Shown here piece by piece: positions 1 to 11,400 of a stretch of DNA of 50,991 nt. The stretch is from Hyphochytrium catenoides. Taxonomy: Eukaryota; Protista; Hyphochytriomycota. Below the pieces are notes generated by a model. That model saw only the letters and a list, made by a program, of their open reading frames with translations, was not told the origin of the DNA and did not search any database. How positions within the stretch are numbered: the first letter of the stretch is position 1; each line of letters opens with the position of its first letter. The stretch spans positions 1 to 50,991 of the forward strand of contig FLMG01002844.1 of assembly GCA_900088475.1 (NCBI GenBank), written 5' to 3'. The translations under genes were made by a program, and so were the position numbers.

Positions 1-509
1 ATGACCGTTAGCGACTACCACGTGACCATGTACATACTCTGTTCACTAGTACAACAACAACGCACACTGGGAGGCGTGATGTTGTACGCTGTAACAGAAA
101 GCGTGACGGACCGACGTGATAGGAAAGTGCATTAGCCCCAAGAAATGACAGAGGTTTGAAGCTCGTCCAGTGTGCTGGCGTCTCTCAGTGTCTCTCCTAC
201 GACCATGTCCAGCCGCAATAACTTTATCCGGCCACTGTCTGGTCCTCGACCGCTGACGGTGTCTACGCTAACAAATCTTCTAGTGCAGTGGGAATTTTCG
301 AGGATGATGTTGAGCTTGGAGGTTCGATATAGCGCGACGCTTCGTTGTTCGGTCGTTGTTCGGTCACAAGCGATGATAGGTGAATGAAGGCATTTGGGAG
401 GAGACGGTAGCCTGAGGAGTTTGTAGTTCTAGTTGTTAATAACTTATAAGGAGATGAGACGAGCCCCTACAGAGATATGAGCTAAGCAGAGCATATACGG
501 AAGAGCTTT

Positions 510-1249
510 TCATCGCCTTCTCTTGGTGCCGCTGCCTTCTGTGGGGTCTTCATTCAGAAACTCGTCGTCATCTGAATCATCAATAGTGCCGACTCCTCTG
601 TTGAAATATCTGTGGGTCAGCACCGGCTCCTTGCCAGGTACTCTGAGATCCAACAGTACGTGCATCACGTTCCCTCCATCCTCCAAAGTCCTGGTGTCAT
701 AGAGCACAATCTTGTTCGGAAGGTTCGACACCGTGGACAGAGATGTAGGTAAGGCCGTAATCTTGATCTGTATACAGGAAATGGGAAAGGTGTGTCCGAA
801 GTTCAGAGAGACTAAGTCCTCTTCTTTCGTAGTGCTCAAGAGCGATAGTTACTATGCTACGTACCACAGCTGACTTGACAGTCACTTCCTGGTTAAAACG
901 GAGAGGCTTTGTCTCCTTGAAGATCTTGGTGCGACGGGTGATGTTGAACTCTGTCTCACTTTGCTGAATGAATACAATCAGGTTTAGCTTCTCTGCGGCC
1001 TGTCGTGCAATGAGAGGCAAGCCCTGGATGGCGCGAGTAGAGCAGAAAGAAGTGAGACGGGCGAGCATTCTGAGGGCTAGGATAGCTACTAAGTAAATCC
1101 ATCCTCAAGCTTACCATGGCTTCCAAATACTTGTCCGTGGACTCTGAGCGCGATCTATCTAGATACCATTTGCCTGTAAAGTTGGGGCAAGAGCCAGTGG
1201 AGACCACTGGCGCTGTTACCCCCTGCGTTTTCTTGTTAAAGGCCTTCAT
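510..1249 (-). CDS. FABP/lipocalin (calycin)-like protein, 3 exons, with acidic-then-basic C-terminal tail
   Basis: Exons ~1249-1114, 1023-865 and 767-510 join in frame through GT-AG introns. N-terminal PNFTGKWYLDRSRSESTDKYLEAMGLPLIARQAA matches the FABP/calycin GxW start and helix pair. Ends ...THRYFNR followed by DDSDDDEF...TKRRR. Confidence 0.65.
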
Positions 1250-2201
1250 CTAGCCTTCTTCAAAGCTAGTATTGGATTTAACGTCCGTAGTGCGGCTGAT
1301 GCTGGAAGGAAGAGAGTACCCTCTTCAAAATGTACTTGACAGGAGGTATAGGAAGAGCTAAGAGAGATTCTGAAGCACGGCGCAGGTTCTCAGATGACTC
1401 CTCCCGTGTTTAGACGTATGGGAAGCCAGGCTCAGTGAGAGATGGGACGCTTACAGAATCCAAAGGCACTAATGGTGGCAACTCCTTACGCAAAACTTCC
1501 AATCCCGTTGCCAGATGCTACGACTCTTTGACTCTTTGACTCTTTAGTCGAAGTAGAGAGATAAGAGGCAATGAGCCATCATTGAGCGCTGACGATGATG
1601 ATACTCTGCAATAATCTCCATCTGCCGGATGACCGTCATCTGATGACCCGAAACAATGTAAGAAAGACGGCGCACTGGCTCTGTCCTTCCGTCCTTCCTT
1701 TCCCCTCTGCTATCTCCTTCAAGTCACCTAACTACAACTATCCTATATAAAGGTTAATAGAACAGCTTCTATAAGGAAGAAGAAAAGCATCTATTCCTTA
1801 TCGGACGTGTTCTCTGATTCTACTTACCTTCAACTCCTGGAGGAGAGCTGGAGGCCGCGCTTGAAGCTGCTTCTCACAAGTCCAACAAATTTTCAGTCTT
1901 TCAATTTTCTCTAAAATCTCTGCTGAGCCTCTTCGTTCTTGAGCTCTTTATAGATGATAAAGCGCTCTAATCTACGGAGAGGACGGCCCGGGCTTTAGCT
2001 TGACGAGTCACCTCTTGTCAAGACTCTGTGTCGCCTTGCCATTGACCTTGTTGAGCTTCTTCGAGAGGAGAAGCTTGTTCAGCTGCAAACGGTGCCTATC
2101 GCCGACACTGAAGTTAGCGGTGCCTTTTGCTCGCTTGCCAAGAAGATCTGCGCTGCCAAGCGTTATATTCGACAGGTCGCGAAGTACGCGAGAGGATTCT
2201 T

Positions 2202-2672
2202 ATGGCGACCCCTGCAGCTCCAGCAGGCAGAATAGCTCTGGTGGTCAGTCTTACAGGAGCTAAGCACTTTTGTCTCGTGAACTATTTTGACACCTTCTGC
2301 ATGACAGGAACCCACAGAGGTATCCCTGCGACTTTCTTGGGCGGCAGACAAGACATTGCTATACACTGCGTACTACAAGGTAAGCTTGATGAGGGTCCTC
2401 CTATAGAGCTTGCCCGGCATCGCTCAAGCACTCTCCACTTGCAGCGACCTCATGAAGAGTGGGCGGCAGCGAGAACTGTTCCATTAGACAAAGCTGGAGT
2501 TGGAGAAGTCGAGCTTTTTGACTTAGAACCTTCTACGACCTACGAGGTGCGAGTCACAGCCCGAGACCCTACCAGCGGTCTTGAAAGCGAACCCAGTCAA
2601 GCATTTGCCTTCGACACTGCTCCAGTTGGCTGCACACCATCCCGCCGTTCCTGTCTGTGTTTATTGCTTTGA
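2202..2672 (+). CDS. Small single fibronectin type III domain protein with C-terminal CaaX box (~113 aa)
   Basis: Exons 2202-2243, 2308-2379 and 2445-2672 with phase-0 GT-AG introns. Translation: MATPAAPAGRIALV-EPTEVSLRLSWAADKTLLYTAYYK-RPHEEW...DLEPSTTYEVRVTA...DTAPVGCTPSRRSCLCLLL*. The SLxLSW, Y and LEPxTxYEVRVxA hallmarks of FN3 are present. Confidence 0.85.
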   Translation: MATPAAPAGRIALVVSLTGAKHFCLVNYFDTFCMTGTHRGIPATFLGGRQDIAIHCVLQGKLDEGPPIELARHRSSTLHLQRPHEEWAAARTVPLDKAGVGEVELFDLEPSTTYEVRVTARDPTSGLESEPSQAFAFDTAPVGCTPSRRSCLCLLL

Positions 2673-2990
2673 TGCCACCACAGAAGAAGAAAGCTGGGAA
2701 AAGCCCACATAGCGAGGCGCAGGACAGCAGAAACATAGCAGATGGCTTCACTTGCTGGTTTATTAACATCCTCTCGACAGCGGAGCTTGTACTTCCTGCT
2801 GCTTCAGCCATATCTGCAGTGCCACGTTGTCCTCTTCTTTCTCTCTCCCTGCCTTCCTTTTCTCCAGACGGGAGATTTTTTCTCCCTCCCCACCGCTTCG
2901 TTCTTATCAGAGGTCCATCTCTTCTCACGAGACATCTTTCTTTAAGAGAGAGGCCCCTCGCGCAAGGCGTGCCTACCCTAAGCTTCCGCC

Positions 2991-5900
2991 CTACAACTGT
3001 CCAGCGAAGTTTGCCTTATCCCCCGAGAAGCGAGTCAGATCGGCTGCCTGTCCTGGCCACCGCTGCGTAATCTTCCTGCGGCTAGTGAAGAACTCTAAGC
3101 ACCCATCGCCTATTGCAAAGAGACACGAAAAGTAGGGTTGTGAGCAAGGTGCGCACCGCAAGAATCCAGGTCTGAGTAGACAAGAGGATGTGGATTATCA
3201 GACCAAGCCAGAGTAGAAGACAGATAGGGAACAGGAGAAAGAGAGACATCGCCAAGACAAATGGAGGCCACCTCTGAGCGGAACTTCCGATGACAGATCT
3301 ATCTAACTAACAGAGTCTGACCTGTGATATCCATGTCGCCATACTTGCTTCTTGTCCCGTACAGTCCACCAAATGAGAATGGCTCTCTGCAACACGAATG
3401 GCAAACATCAGTTCAATAGAAGCTATCGAACTCAAGGAGAAAAAGTGGAGAGTTGGCCAAGGTGGTCCGCATCTAAGATCACTGACAATACGCCGACACA
3501 TCCTAGCTTTAGGAATTTAAAAGATACTGATAGCACCATAAGACGGGCACAACGGTAAAATGCGATGGGGACGACCTCCGCTCCACAATGGTTGGCGAGC
3601 GGATAGAAGACAGGGAAAACCTAAGGTAGCGTATCGCTAAAGATCGCGATGGCTAGGGTTTGCCCGTACCTGGGCACTGGGATGCCAATATTAACGCCAA
3701 TCATTGAGGCCCTGAACCTTGACTCGAAGTACTGAGCACTGCTCCCGTTGGTCGTGTAGATAGACGCGGCGTTGCCGTAGGGATTTGCGTTCTCAATGGC
3801 CAGTGCCTCGTCCGCAGTTTTCACCTACCAGGAAACGTCAGCCTCGTCTAGCTCAGGTCCTCATCACCCCGTCGGCTATTATCTTTCTCTTTGAGTCGGT
3901 CTGTTGGTAGATCTGTACTTGCCTTCAAGACGGAGAGAACGGGCCCAAAGATCTCCTCATGCAGAGCCTTATCTGTTTTCTGCTTATGTAGGATGACGGT
4001 GGGGCCAACCCATGTGCCAGGACTGCGTTTCGCCCAGCTCCGGCCGTCAACCAATATCTTAGCTCCTGCTTTCTCTGCCTCGTTGATATAATTCAATATC
4101 CTATGGGTGAGAATTGCTTAGTGCTAATGCTGACGCCATGGGAAGTACTAGAAGAGAGAGAATCACGTCGAACGACAGGCGGGCAGTGAGAGCATCCTGT
4201 GCCTAAAGAAAGAGGTCTGGGCCTATACGCAACCCTTTCAAGAGCCGCTAAACCACTTTCAAGCTTACCGTTCTTTGGACTGTTTGTCAATAACCGCGCC
4301 CACCTGACCCTTCTCAGTGCCAGGAGCCAGCTTGGAGGTAAGCTGCACAACTCTGTTAAGTAGTTGATCACCTCCCCCGACAAGAAGGAGAGCGGATGCG
4401 GCCATGCACCTGTTTGGGCGAAGGACGGGCGTAAAGGCAAAGTCGATCTCAGGCCAGTTTCTAGGATGAAGGAATGATTGCTTGGCAGTCTTACCGTTGG
4501 CCGGCGCAGCCCGCGAATGAAGCGACGATATCTGAAGCTGCGGTTTCCAAGTCTGCATCTGGGAGAGCGACAAGGTGATTTTTTGCGCCACCGAGGGCAA
4601 GGCAGCGCTTGTTCACTGCTCTACAGCGCTTCGAGACGATCTCAGCTACTCGACTACACAGCAAGAGTGTAACCAAATACAGATTGGATGATCGTGAGCC
4701 TTGCAGAGCCTAAAGATAGAACATAGGGGAAGTAAGCCAAACAAGCCATAGTCTACTCTACCTGGAGCCAACGAACGTCACAGCGGCAATGTCCTTATGG
4801 TCACACAGTGCGTTAACTGCATCCACTGTGCCATTCACAATCTGTGAGAGAGCGTAGGGAAAGAATGAGTGAGATTACGTAGATTAGGATCTCCCGTCTC
4901 ACAGGTGTGCTCTAGATAACGGTCATTGTACCTGGAAGACGCCGTCAGGCACTCCTGCCTCCTTCAACAACTGGCTGACTCTAAACATTGTGAGCGGCAC
5001 CTAGCACAAGCAGCGTGTACGAAGCAAGGATATAAGGAAGGCATACATGCTAACGGTGCGATATGACGTAGAGAGCGACAATGAAGAAGATTGAGGGCCG
5101 AACAGCCAGACTTGGAGGTTCAAGATGTACGAGTCCGTACTTTCTCGGAAGGCTTCAAGATAATGCAGTTCCCTGCAGTGAGAGCGATGGGCACCGTCCA
5201 CATTGGAACCATTATCGGGAAATTGAAAGGCACGATTGAGGCCACGACGCCCAGAGGGTCGCGCACCTCATGACAGGTGATCCCACGGCTAACCTGGAGA
5301 TACTTTCCCTATATACACGAGAGAGACCAGCCACAGCAGTAGTTAACATTAGAAAAGTAAGAAGTGAAGAAAAGATGGGCAAGAGTGGCCCCCGGAAGAG
5401 ATAGAGAGCGTGAGAGAGCGAGCAAGCGAGAGAGAGTTAGAGAGAGAGAGGAAAAGAGAGGTTGACTACAGTTCCCTCGGGTTGGTCGCCTCCAGTTCAA
5501 CCCTGAGAAGGCTATGGAAAAGGAAGAATTCTATCGGTACCTGGATTAATTGAGGAATGGAGCACGCCCATTCCACCGTCTCGTTTCCCTTAGCAACTGA
5601 TGCCAGAGCTTCCACCTTATTCTTGCCATTTTCCTTCACTACCAGGTCAGCCAGCTCATCTGTCATTAGGGATTTAAGAGAGCATAAAGGCACCGTAAGA
5701 GAGACATAAGTGGTTAATAACGCGATAATCCAGGACCCGAGACAGGCGAGGCCCGCACCTGCATGGGTCTCCATCAGGTGATGGAACCTAAACATAATTG
5801 CTGCCCGAGCCTTCACAGTCAGCCCGCTCCACTCTGGAAAGGCAGCTTTGGCAGCCGCCACAGCCGCGTCTACATCTGCGGCAGAAGAGACAGCAACTCG

Positions 5901-6133
5901 TCCAATGACCTCATCAGTGCACGGAGAGTGCACATCCAAGTACTTGCCGCTCTTCGGGGCTACCGTTCGGCCATTGATGACGTTGTCTGCCACAATGGTG
6001 CTGAGCTTTAGCCTGTAGATCAGTATTGCAAGACACTTAGTACTCAAAGCGCCAATCTAATGATGACCTTTCGGTGGCTGCACCTCTTATTAGGCGATTT
6101 AGGGGATGTTGGTCTCTCCGCAGTGCTGGACAT
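2991..6133 (-). CDS. ALDH6A1: Methylmalonate-semialdehyde dehydrogenase (acylating), ALDH6 family, multi-exon
   Basis: Spliced exons give [33 protein letters not shown], catalytic [34 protein letters not shown] and the end KANFAGQL* at 2991. The ATG at 6133 is inferred from in-frame splicing. Confidence 0.95.
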
Positions 6134-7293
6134 CTTGCCCTCGGTCAAAAAGGAACTTCGTTTTCAAGGACTTCTCGTGGTGTCGCTTATAGTAGTTGAA
6201 GACTGCGGCCAGACCGTGTCTTGGACGTAGAGCAGTGTTGATCGGAGAGACAGAGTGAGGGTGAGAGTTTGAGGCAGAGGCTTAGGGATTGTGCTGATCG
6301 GTCTGTGGGCGCGGCGGCAGGTGAAGCGTCAGGCTGATCACTGAGCCTCATCAGTGCCAAGATCCCAACAACATCACCAACTGGGAAACACAATGCAAGG
6401 ATGTTGGGCGACCATCGTGAAACTTACGAGACTGAAACCTTTCACTATTTAAACATGATGGGAATAAAGAAATTATGGAATGTTTCGTTCAAAGTTGCTA
6501 ACGATCTTGAAGTTCAAGAGTTGCTGCCTCTGAAGGGAGAAAGAGCTCTTGAAGTCTTGAGGTCTTTCTTCTTTGGAGAAGGGAAGGCAAGGACCACAAG
6601 TGGATCCTGCTTGCCTGCGTGAGATGGCCTGGCTCAGATTGCCAGCGCTGGAGTTTGCAGAGGAAAAGAAGTGATCGCCTTGGCAGATAGTGGAGGCTGC
6701 TGGCTATTCTGGCCTTTGCTTGAGGTGTAGCCAGCAGACCCATAGACTCTACCGCTCGAAAGATACTCCCGGCCTAGCCATGTCAGGTGGTCAAGTAGTG
6801 GCAGTGTGAGGAGCCGTTGTGTCGTGGTGATAGCAGGAAGATCATGCAGCTTGTTGAAGCTCGTCCTCTGCCTCTCGATCTACTAGGGACTAACGCTAGC
6901 AGAGTTAGCCATCCCGACAGTACTCGAAGCCCAAGGATGTCTGTCCGTTGACCTCAAAAGATAGAGGGAGTTCTACAGGCAGGCAACGCCTTCCCATGTT
7001 CACATTTATGAGACTTGACAGTGTGGCTCTTTCAAAGTGAAAAGAAACAAAGTTGTGCTCTATTCTGTGCCGAAAGCTTGGAAATCTCTATCTCTGTCTG
7101 CCACGACACCTCGGCCTATTCTCTTCTTCCTTCGCTTTTCGGGTGAATGTTTCGCCCTTCTTTTTTCTTCTAGGGTCACTTCCCATCCTCGTCTCCGCCC
7201 GCTCCGCTTGCGTCTATTTACACTCACTGCCGTACTCCCCTTCTTCGATACTCGTCATCCTATCCCTAATAGCTGTACTTTTCATCTCCTCGG

Positions 7294-7338
7294 TCTCTCT
7301 CTTTCCTCTCTCTCTCTCTCCCTCTCTCTCTGTGTGTG
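7294..7338. repeat. (CT)n/(GT)n microsatellite
   Basis: Interrupted CT run followed by TGTGTGTG. Confidence 0.85.
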
Positions 7339-8406
7339 TTACTCTCCTCTGTACGTAACTGCATGGCAAGAGTTCTCGGTACTAAGAATAGAGGCCAAGA
7401 GTCGGCCTGCCACCTGTCGGTAGACTAAAGCCAATGGGTTGGGCGCCGCAGGCATTCAGCGAAGGTTAAGAGGACCGAATTCGTGGAACCAGCATATGCG
7501 AGTCATATACCACTTAGCAGCTATTTGTCGAGCGACGGCAAGAAGAGTGGATAGACAGCGATTGACAACGGTTCTTGGTGAAGCTAGTAGCGATTAGAGG
7601 TGACAGCCCATAACAAAGAAGCTCTATTGCTTCTAGTTCTCCTGATTTAATAGACGTGCGGGACGACACCCATGAAGAAGATCCCGGCAATGCGGCGACG
7701 AGTGCCCCTGCTCATCGGTCCCCTTACCAACAGAAGGGACCTGAATGTGACCTACGTGGCTGCACATCTATGTCGAGCCCCATTCAGGGCTGCCGCGATG
7801 ACCTGGACGGATGAGCGTCTGGCTGGCGGCGGAGGAGGCCTCAGGACCTTGAGATTTTGATGATGGGCCAGCGCGGCCTCGTGTTCCTGTCGATGACCAG
7901 CGGCAGATGTTCCTGTCGATAAGCAGTGGCCATGTGACGAAGGATGGGCCAGCCATAAGAGATATGGACGGACGGATTCAGAATCCATAGTCTTATGGTA
8001 ATTCTTGTTTTGTGTTTGAGTGTGGGTTTGGAGGCTCTCCTAATGTATCAATGGGCTATTACACTCACGCACCATACCTGGGGGGCTTGGGTTTGTACGG
8101 TGGTGGAGTTGAAGTTCATTTGGGGAACAGCTTTCCAAGGTCTTCAGATCCATCATCGGGCGGGACCGGGCCCACAGCTCATAGGTCGGCGCACTCTTCA
8201 GACTCCAGACGAGCCTTTGGGCCGCTGCTGAGGCGAGGTGAAAGTCCTGCCCGGCTACGGAAGGGAAGCTCAGGAGCTCAGTTGCCTATAGCACGGGTAA
8301 AAGAGAGGCGGCCAGTGCCGGAGGAAGGTTGAGACTCAACGAGCCATCTATGACCTATCTCTTTTACGGGTCTATAGGCTGTGGCTAGCGAGGCAGAGGT
8401 GTCAAG

Positions 8407-11400
8407 ATGAGGATACATAAGCGGAGCACGAAGACGACGCAGAGGAATGCCTCCAGCGGGGCTAATGGAGAAGGTCAGGTGTTATCAGAGAAGATGCAGG
8501 GAGTTTGGGGGAAGACGTTCAGCGCTGCAAAGGACACAAGGGACCTTAAATCGGAACTTTCCGGAGCTCTCATGCTGTTCATGTTAGTACTAGGAATCTA
8601 TGTGAGAACTGCTTTCCCATCCATTCCTGGAGGCGACAGGTAAGCAACACATCTATGAGCATGTATCTCGAGCCAGTCTCTGAGCCACGAAGCTCTTGCT
8701 TGCTGCCGTTCTTGTCCTTTCACAGCGGCGAGCTTGTGGCGGAGTCCTGTCAGCTGGGGGTTGCTCACCCTCCAGGATATCCTCTCTACACGATGTTGCT
8801 CTACGTCTTTCATCGCATCATGGTCCAAGTGCCTTGGCCAGAGCATCTTACCCCTGGGTACTCTGCGAATGTATTCAGCTGCATCGTAGGCGCTGCTGCT
8901 GCAGCAGTGATTTTCCTGACGGTCCTCAGGTGTACTGAGGGGACTCCAATCTATAGGTAAATGGCTAGAGAGAATAGGCTGCCAGAACCTAGAAGCGGAG
9001 GATTCCTGCTCGTCATCTAATGATACTTTCATTTAGCTTACCTGCCGCGGCACTGGCAGCACTTCTCTTCGCCTTCTCGCCGCTTGTCTGGGAGTATTCG
9101 GTGGGAGCAGAGGTACGACCTGACTTGTTTGGTCAACCATCGGGATCATAGCAGTGACTGTTGCAGGACCAAGAGCTCACAGGCAATCTCTGTGTCTCTG
9201 TTTCTCTCTGTCTCTGACTATCTCTCTGTGGGGTGTCCCTTGCGTGCACTCCCCTTGGGATGTTAGGTATTTGCCCTTAACAACCTGTTGTGTGCACTGC
9301 TGGCGCTCCAATCTGTCCAATTCCTGGTCCGACGCTCTACATCCGTTCTTCTCTGGGGAGGCCTTGTCTGTGGCCTGGCTCTCAGCAATCAGCATACCAG
9401 TGGTAAAGTTTTCCTTAGATCCATGCCTCAAGATTGCAGACTTTGTTGTTCTCCCCCATGATCTGACGACGAGCTCCATCAGTCGACGACTGCGTCGATC
9501 TTTGCTCCCTCTCTTGTTCTTCTTTCTCCAGCAGATGCGCACTCTTTCTTTCTCTTTCTCTTCCTTCTCTTGGATACAATGCCATTCTGTCGCTTGTAGT
9601 GAGGCTGACTCTGAGTGTCTAAATATATGTGTCAAACCTCCTGTCGTTGCTCCTTCCCAACATCACGCACTCCTTTGTTGTCTTGCAGTCCTCTTCATCG
9701 TTCCTTTGGTCATCTGCATTCTCTATAGCGGGAGAAACATTATTTCACTCCGGCTACTGATAGGAATTGCAATCATGTATGTGGGCCTAGAGACCTCTTA
9801 ATCTGATCTGCCATTTGGCTGTTCTTTTCACCCTGCTATCGCTGGACGTTTTTCTTACTTGCGCCCTGAGCTCTTTCTTTGCCTCTATAGACCCTCGTGA
9901 ATTCGATGTGATCTGCCGTTCATCTTGCCATTTGTATGCGCTGACCATCCAGCCCAGCCGAAACATTTTTCTGAAACTTGCTGGGGTTTATTTTGATCAT
10001 CCTTCTTTAAATGACATGTCCTACGATCTACTGCCAATCTCCTGACACATGCAATTACCTCTCAGGGGAGCTATAGGGCTGAGCCCTTATCTGTATCTGA
10101 TACTAGCGGCGCGAACGCCGAAGACCGGCTCTTGGGGCGACACATCTAACCTACGAGGGTTTCTCCGCCACTTTCTTCGAGAGGAATATGGGACCTTGCA
10201 ACTCTCACCTTTGGACGGAGCTAGCGAGGTGAGAGCTTCTGGTCCGCTTCCCTCTTATTTCCCTCTATTCTGTATCTGTGTTAGTCTGAGTTCTAGCGCG
10301 ATGCAGGGCTTATCTGGTCTCTATGCAGAGTCTAACTTATTTAGCTGCTTTACAGGGCTTGTGGGCGAGGAATCTTGCCTTCGTTAAGGACTTGGTGTCG
10401 GAGATGCTACCTGTGGGACCCACGGCCTGCGTTGGTGCTTGGGTGATGGCAATCACTTGGAGTTCGGCACCCGCTCTGAGCCGTCTTAACCTCGCTGTCT
10501 TGGCTCTCTCTTTTACCCTTCTCTTCTACCTCACCGTCTTCCATTCTCTCTCCAACCTACCCCTATCTGAGGTAAGAGAGCCTCAATGTTGAAGAGCCCT
10601 GTCAGAATTAGAGTAATAGGTCCTCCTTCTGTCATTACAGCCCATGCCTCGCGCGGTGCACAGTAGGTTCTGGATGCAGCCCATGATTATAGGTAAGGGA
10701 CGAGCCTCTACCCACTTCTGGCGTTTACCATTGGTATTATTCTCCACCCACGCGTAGATTGTGTGACGTTTCTGGCGAGGAAGTCTGTCTTACACCTCAG
10801 GCTGTTAATTTTTGCATTTGTCGCTCTTCAAGTCGCGATCCTGTGCGGCGTCGGTGTCTCCTGGTGTCAGTACCTACCGCCAGGGAGTCATCAGACCCAA
10901 ACGTCTGAGAAGAAGATAAGCCAGGCCTATTCCAGTTACGTGCGACCTTCGCGTTCCCTCTTAGTCTGGGTTCTTGCCGCCGCCGCAGCCACCTTCCAGA
11001 TAGGCTCGAAGTTTCCAAAGATGGACCAGAGTAAGGTAAACAAGCTTAAACGTGTGAACATAAGCGTGTCCTATCTTCAGCTGCTGTATCCCCAACTACG
11101 CTCTCTCTGTCTTCCTTCGCACCATGACAATCGTCCGCGAGCAAAGCCCGTTTTTTCTAGGCAAAGCTTTCGCTTGACTACTTGCCCACTGGCTCTGTGT
11201 CCTTTGTGTCCTGGTTCACTAGAAGGGACCTGACGTATGCTACGACGTAGGCCGGTTCCAGTTTTTCAGACTTCGGAAGGGCTATGCTGGCTACTCTTCC
11301 TCATGGGGCTCTCTTACTCTCGCATACGGACATCAACTGGAATTCAATCAGATACCTTCAGGTCCCTTGCCGCTCGCTCTTGAATGTTAGATACTGTTCC

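Noticed and set aside
1830-2200. Protein-like open stretches on both strands upstream of the FN3 gene
   Set aside because: Could not build a consistent start, splice and stop model; no recognisable motif.
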